NCBI GenBank assembly: GCA_041170365.1
Contig: JBEAYY010000002.1
Coordinates: 1 to 56,047, forward strand
Direction of reading: 5' to 3'
DNA: 56,047 nucleotides
Source: Actinomycetota bacterium
GTDB taxonomy: Bacteria > Actinomycetota > Actinomycetes > S36-B12 > UBA5976
Shown here piece after piece: positions 51,187-56,047 of this stretch (position 1 is its first letter; every line of letters starts with the position of its first letter). Made by a program: the position numbers and the translations under genes. The notes under the pieces were generated by a model, which saw only the letters and a program-made list of their open reading frames with translations, did not search any database and had not been told where the DNA came from.

Positions 51187-52854
51187 CTAATTTGGATAAT
51201 TAGGGCTTTGGGAATTAGAAATAACTTTCCACTCACCAGTAATTCTTTGCAAAATTGTTCCATCGTTAATTTCAAGCATTGTGACTTGTCCAGATCTACT
51301 GGCTATATCTTGTGCTCCATTAATTGAATAGATATTTCTTGAGGCACCAGTGGAAATATCTAAACTGTAAACATTCACAGGTTGAGACCCAGAATCTAAA
51401 TACAAAATATTTGTTTCATCTTGCCAAACTGCTTTTGTGATTGAAAAGCCATCACGCATTATTTTTCTAATATTGGTCAAAACTATTGTGTCAGGATTTC
51501 TTATGACATTAGCCAATCTTAGTTCTGTTCCATAAACAGATCTGATAATCAATAACACCCGTGATGCATCAGGAGCTGGAATAATTTCAGCTATATCTTC
51601 AATCGCAAAATTTTGTGCAATTAAATTCAGTTTTTTATCACTTGAAAAGACTGAAACTTGATTATTTAAAGTAACCCATATTGTATCCAAAACATCTATT
51701 TTCGGATTACCAATATTTGAAGAACTAAATATAGTTTCTTTAAATTCTGGCGAGTAACTATTTATTATTAAATTTGTTTTGGTCTCATCTACTAGTGCAT
51801 ATAGATTTTCAGATCGATTCGAAGTTCCATATGACCAGAGTTTTGAATCTATTTCTGTTTTTCCAGTTAATGATTTTGTTTCTGCGTTATTTTTCCATAA
51901 TTTATTTTCTGAAATAAAATAAGCAACATTGCTGTAATTCGAGTCCGAATAAAATTTATCCCAAGTCGAAGCTGTCTGATTAAGAGGTGCATTTAAAATG
52001 CTTAAATTTTGTGTCCCTACTTTTATTTGAATTGATTTGACTTCAGGAATTCTTGTTAAGGTTTTAACAATTTGGGAAGCTAATAATTGTCTTTCTAAAC
52101 TTGCCGCCTTAAGGACTGTTTCATTTAATGAAACACTTGCGACTCCATTGGTGATTGGTACTGAATCAATTGAAAGGGAGCTCCCTTTTGGAAAAGCTGT
52201 TATTACTGTGTTATTAATTTGTTCACTAGGCCCTAGCAAAAGTAATTGCATCAATCTTGTGGCATTTGCTGTGATTGCTTTGGGTAAAATAACTGATTCA
52301 GGCACCAAAAAAGTCTTAGTTGGATCAACAAACCACAGAGGATAAAAAGAAAAACTTCTATCTAAATCAGTTTTTGATATAACTAAGCCATCAAAATCGA
52401 TATTTATTCGCCACTGATCATCAACTTTCTCCAATTTAAAAGTTTTTAATAATTGATCTTCAGGGTTAGCAAAAACTATTCTAGAAGTTTCATTAACTTG
52501 AGAGTGAAGTGCTGCAGAGAAGTCGATTTGATTTTCATTTATAAATTCAAATTGGCCTTGACCCTCATACACCTCGATCGATTTTGTTGGATTCCATGAA
52601 TTTTTTTTACTCGGAACCAAATACTCTCTTGCTATTGCAAAATCGTTATCACTTGAAGCAGATGCATTCAAAAAGCCAGTAATAATTTGCTCTTGACTCA
52701 TTCCAGGTTGAGGTCTACTTGCGATAACTCGAATTATTGAATTTTGATCATTTGAACCAAACTCTGGCCCAATGTTCACTGAGCTAGACGTTGGAATATT
52801 GCCGCAAGCAGAAATTAATAAACTCAAAGAGATTAAAAAAAACTTATTCAACAT
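51187..52854 (-). CDS. lpqB: LpqB lipoprotein (GerMN domain plus beta-propeller)
   Basis: Lipobox ISAC.NIPTSS, AREYL, LLLGPS, APDASRV and C-terminal PNYPN; follows mtrB. Confidence 0.88.
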   Translation of the reverse strand: MLNKFFLISLSLLISACGNIPTSSSVNIGPEFGSNDQNSIIRVIASRPQPGMSQEQIITGFLNASASSDNDFAIAREYLVPSKKNSWNPTKSIEVYEGQGQFEFINENQIDFSAALHSQVNETSRIVFANPEDQLLKTFKLEKVDDQWRINIDFDGLVISKTDLDRSFSFYPLWFVDPTKTFLVPESVILPKAITANATRLMQLLLLGPSEQINNTVITAFPKGSSLSIDSVPITNGVASVSLNETVLKAASLERQLLASQIVKTLTRIPEVKSIQIKVGTQNLSILNAPLNQTASTWDKFYSDSNYSNVAYFISENKLWKNNAETKSLTGKTEIDSKLWSYGTSNRSENLYALVDETKTNLIINSYSPEFKETIFSSSNIGNPKIDVLDTIWVTLNNQVSVFSSDKKLNLIAQNFAIEDIAEIIPAPDASRVLLIIRSVYGTELRLANVIRNPDTIVLTNIRKIMRDGFSITKAVWQDETNILYLDSGSQPVNVYSLDISTGASRNIYSINGAQDIASRSGQVTMLEINDGTILQRITGEWKVISNSQSPNYPN

Positions 52855-52857
52855 TTG

Positions 52858-54468
52858 TTAGGAACTTTTACCTGAGTTAATTAATTCGATGTTCAAAGAA
52901 TTATCTAATTCAACACTTGCATCATCACCTAATCCGATTGGCAAAGGTGATTTTGTAACAGTTTTATGGGCAACTCTTGGCAAAGTTAAACGAAACATAC
53001 TTCCCAAGCCAGGCGAACCCCAAGCATCCAACCAACCAGAATGCAATCTTGCATCTTCTAATGCAATTGCTAAGCCAAGTCCGGTACCACCAGTTTTTCT
53101 ATTTCGTGCAGGATCTGCTCGCCAAAATCTATTGAATACAAGAGATGATTCTCCTGGTTTTAATCCAGGTCCTTTATCTTTTACAACAACAGCAATTGCA
53201 TCTTCATCACTGCCAATTTCAATTTCAATAGGGTTACCTTGACCATACTCAGAAGCATTTGAAATTAGATTTCTTAAAATTCTTTCAACCCTTCTTGGAT
53301 CTAAATCAATTTCTGGTGCATCTCCTGTAATAATCACTGGAGTTTCTTGACTTATTAACAGATTAGATAATGAATCTGCAGTTTTTTCAATAAGTTGTTT
53401 AATGTCAGTTTTTTTCAAAGTTAATTCAGCTGCACCAGCATCAAATCTACTTATCTCTAATAATTGCGCAAGTAATATTTCAAATCGCTCTATTTGAGTA
53501 CTTAGTAATTCTGCAGCCCTAGCAGTTTCTCCCTGATATTGATCTCTTGCTTCATACAAGACATCTGCTGCCATTCTTACTGTCGTTAATGGAGTTCTAA
53601 GTTCATGAGAAACATCTGAAACAAATCTTCTTTGCATACGAGACATTTGTTCAAGCTGAGTGATTTGTTCTTGAATAGATGCAGCCATTGAATTAAATGA
53701 TCCGGCTAATTTTGCTAAATCGTCTTCTCCGCTTACTGGAACTCTTTCATTAAGTAGTCCTAATCTCAGTCTTTCTGCCGCATTTGCTGTTTTTCTAACA
53801 GGTGATAAAACTGATTTTGTTAAATACCAAACTAAAATCAATAAACCAATAACAAGAAATATTCCAGTCGCTAAAACAGAAGATTGAATGATATTAATTG
53901 TTTCTTCTTCTTGCTGTAGAGGAAATAGAAGAAATAGCAAATATGTTCCAAAATTTCGTATTTCAATTGGTGCTCCAATTACTAAACCAGGCACATTTCG
54001 ACCATCTAAATAGTTAATTCGGGTATAGGACCAAAGTAAATTATTTGAATTTTGAACTTGCGATTTTAATTCATCACTCACACTTGTTACTGCAACTAAA
54101 TTAGTCCCTCGCTCAGGAAAGCCAAAGCTTGATAATTCGGGTGAAGTTAAAAATAAAACATCGTATAAACCAGATTGCCCTGCCCTATCAGCAAGAGCAT
54201 TTACTGCAGTATCAACAATTGATGTAATTGTTAAACTACTTGCTCCAGTATCAGTTGCAGTAATTACTCTTTGGGCATCTTTAATTGCTGAGTTTGCCTC
54301 TGTGATTGATGCTGTTTCTTTAGCCGAAAGAATTCCAGTACTTACTCTATTTATTAAAGCTAATCCAATAATTGTTATCAAAATAGATGACATTAAAAAA
54401 GTTGTGGAAATAATTCTTATACTTAAAGATCTATTCCACAAACTTCTAAGGTTGCGAAAAAAACTCAC
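52858..54468 (-). CDS. mtrB: sensor histidine kinase MtrB
   Basis: Two TMs, HAMP, FVSDVSHELRTPLTT, RFWRADPAR and GGTGLGLAIALEDARLH motifs. Confidence 0.95.
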   Translation of the reverse strand: MSFFRNLRSLWNRSLSIRIISTTFLMSSILITIIGLALINRVSTGILSAKETASITEANSAIKDAQRVITATDTGASSLTITSIVDTAVNALADRAGQSGLYDVLFLTSPELSSFGFPERGTNLVAVTSVSDELKSQVQNSNNLLWSYTRINYLDGRNVPGLVIGAPIEIRNFGTYLLFLLFPLQQEEETINIIQSSVLATGIFLVIGLLILVWYLTKSVLSPVRKTANAAERLRLGLLNERVPVSGEDDLAKLAGSFNSMAASIQEQITQLEQMSRMQRRFVSDVSHELRTPLTTVRMAADVLYEARDQYQGETARAAELLSTQIERFEILLAQLLEISRFDAGAAELTLKKTDIKQLIEKTADSLSNLLISQETPVIITGDAPEIDLDPRRVERILRNLISNASEYGQGNPIEIEIGSDEDAIAVVVKDKGPGLKPGESSLVFNRFWRADPARNRKTGGTGLGLAIALEDARLHSGWLDAWGSPGLGSMFRLTLPRVAHKTVTKSPLPIGLGDDASVELDNSLNIELINSGKSS

Positions 54469-55133
54469 GGACCTGCCTTGTACCCAACGCCTCTAACTGT
54501 CATAACAATTTTTGGATTTTCTGGATCTTCTTCAACTTTTGCTCTCAAACGCTGTACATGAACATTGACTAATCTTGTGTCTGCTGGATTTCGATAATGC
54601 CAAACTTCAGTCAATAATTGTTCTCGCGTATAAACTTGCCAAGGCTTTCTTGCTAAAGCAACTAATAAATCAAATTCTAATGGCGTCAAAATAATTGTTT
54701 TACCATTTCTTTTAACGCTATGTCCTAATACATCTATATTTAAATCGCCTAAAGTTAAAGTTTCAGATTTGTAATCTTCTTTTCTTAATCTGGCTTTAAT
54801 TCTTGCAATCAACTCTTTCGGTTTGAAAGGTTTAATAATGTAATCATCTGCCCCTGATTCAAGTCCTTGAACCACATCTAAAGTGTCTCCTCGAGCAGTT
54901 AGCATGACTATAGGAACAACAGATTCATCTCGAATTTGTTTGCAGACTTCAATTCCATCTAATCCTGGAAGCATTAAATCTAATAAAACTAAATCTGGTT
55001 TTGATTCCTTAAATATTGAAAAAGCTTTTGCCCCATCATCACAAAAAGATGGCTCGTAACCTTCTGCTCGTAAAACTATTCCCAGCATTTCAGAAAGCGC
55101 TTGGTCGTCATCAACTACAAGAACTCGAGCCAT
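54465..55133 (-). CDS. mtrA: OmpR-family response regulator MtrA
   Basis: VLVVDDD, LLDLMLPG, LTPLEFDLL and ADTRLVNVHVQRLR motifs. Confidence 0.96.
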   Translation of the reverse strand: MARVLVVDDDQALSEMLGIVLRAEGYEPSFCDDGAKAFSIFKESKPDLVLLDLMLPGLDGIEVCKQIRDESVVPIVMLTARGDTLDVVQGLESGADDYIIKPFKPKELIARIKARLRKEDYKSETLTLGDLNIDVLGHSVKRNGKTIILTPLEFDLLVALARKPWQVYTREQLLTEVWHYRNPADTRLVNVHVQRLRAKVEEDPENPKIVMTVRGVGYKAGP

Positions 55134-55182
55134 GATGCAATGCTTTCACCTGTCTTATGACAAAATCAAATTGGAGGTAGAA

Positions 55183-56047
55183 ATGACTCAAGGTCCCAGC
55201 CAAAATTTGATTCCTTTAACGCAACTAAGCCTGAATGAAATGCTTGGTGGTGCACTTAATTCATTAAGACGTATGCCAAAGACAATGCTTGGTATTGGTT
55301 TATTTGCAGCTTTTGTAATTGAATTAAGTTCTTTATTTGTTTCTGCCTTAATTATCAGAGGTGGTGGCGATTTAAGCTCTCCTGAACTTCCAGAACCTAC
55401 TGGAACTTTCTCACAAGAACAATTACAAGAATTACTAAATGCTTTGATTCCTAGTATTCAAGCAGCAGCATTTGCTGCAGTTGTTTTATTCTTTGTGCAG
55501 CTCATTTCTACAACACTTTTTACTCACGTCATTGGAAATGCAATTACGGGCAGAAAAATTAATGCCAATGAAGCATGGCAAAAATCTAAACCTCAGTTAT
55601 TTAGAGTGTTTATGATTTCTTTGTTAGGTGTGATTCTTCCGATAACTTCTTTAGTTTTAGGTTTTGCTATAGGTATAGGACTTGGTGCAAGTATTCCTGG
55701 AAGTTTTGGTTTATTCATCACATTTACAGGGTTAGGAATTGGATTATTTGGAGCAATCTATTTATGGACAGCACTTTATGTTTGCGTACCTACTTTGATT
55801 TTAGAAGATTCTAAAGTTTTAATTTCATTAAAGAGATCATTTGCCTTATCAAAATCTATGATGCTAAGAGTTTTTGGAATTGGATTAGTTGGGGTTATCG
55901 CTAGTCAGGCTTTATCAATTGTGGTTGCCACACCATTTACTTTATTTGCCTCAGTAGGAAATCTTGAAAATCCAAATACAACTTCAGTATTTTTTAATTC
56001 ACTTGGTTCTATATTTGGTTATACCGTGATGTTACCTTTCATGGCAG
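55183..56047 (+). CDS. integral membrane protein (actinobacterial GDPD-membrane-domain/DUF7544-like), partial at the window end
   Basis: Not in the ORF track. SD GGAGG, then ATG 55183: MTQGPSQNLIPLTQLSLNEMLGGALNSLRRMPKTMLGIG..., followed by multiple hydrophobic segments to the window edge. Confidence 0.75.
   Translation, partial: MTQGPSQNLIPLTQLSLNEMLGGALNSLRRMPKTMLGIGLFAAFVIELSSLFVSALIIRGGGDLSSPELPEPTGTFSQEQLQELLNALIPSIQAAAFAAVVLFFVQLISTTLFTHVIGNAITGRKINANEAWQKSKPQLFRVFMISLLGVILPITSLVLGFAIGIGLGASIPGSFGLFITFTGLGIGLFGAIYLWTALYVCVPTLILEDSKVLISLKRSFALSKSMMLRVFGIGLVGVIASQALSIVVATPFTLFASVGNLENPNTTSVFFNSLGSIFGYTVMLPFMA

Overview
A 56 kb chromosomal segment from a streamlined, AT-rich actinobacterium. 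GC is roughly one third by eye and was not computed. The assignment is inferred from the Actinomycetia-type gene sets argS-lysA-hom-thrC-thrB-rho-rpmE-prfA-prmC-tsaC-glyA-wecA, mtrA-mtrB-lpqB-comF-secA, Rv3235-like, DUF2505 and guaB1, and fits a Nanopelagicales-like planktonic lineage. The window holds about 55 CDS and one tRNA-Arg(CCG). I found no mobile elements, prophage or CRISPR. The centre (17.5-36.9 kb) is a ~19 kb nucleoside scavenging and catabolism supercluster: NCS2 purine permease, GuaB1, PunA, phosphomutase, DeoC, a split ALDH16-type pair, Add, a BMP-type ABC importer, thymidine phosphorylase and Cdd. A three-gene module (MTI-type phosphorylase, MtaD-like deaminase, SDR) sits between cdd and deoA. 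The most interesting candidates are: (1) this module, as a possible new route for 5'-modified nucleosides; (2) a switch-like, SD-sequestering RNA leader ahead of the purine permease; (3) a non-canonical phosphate loop in the thymidine phosphorylase; (4) a secA-adjacent orphan module (tandem Sm/Hfq-like protein, SAF protein, deviant CpaE/MinD ATPase) behind a perfect 12-bp operator-like palindrome; (5) a catalytically degenerate ADP-ribosylglycohydrolase; (6) pervasive leaderless promoters. All function calls come from reading motifs and synteny only; no searches were run.
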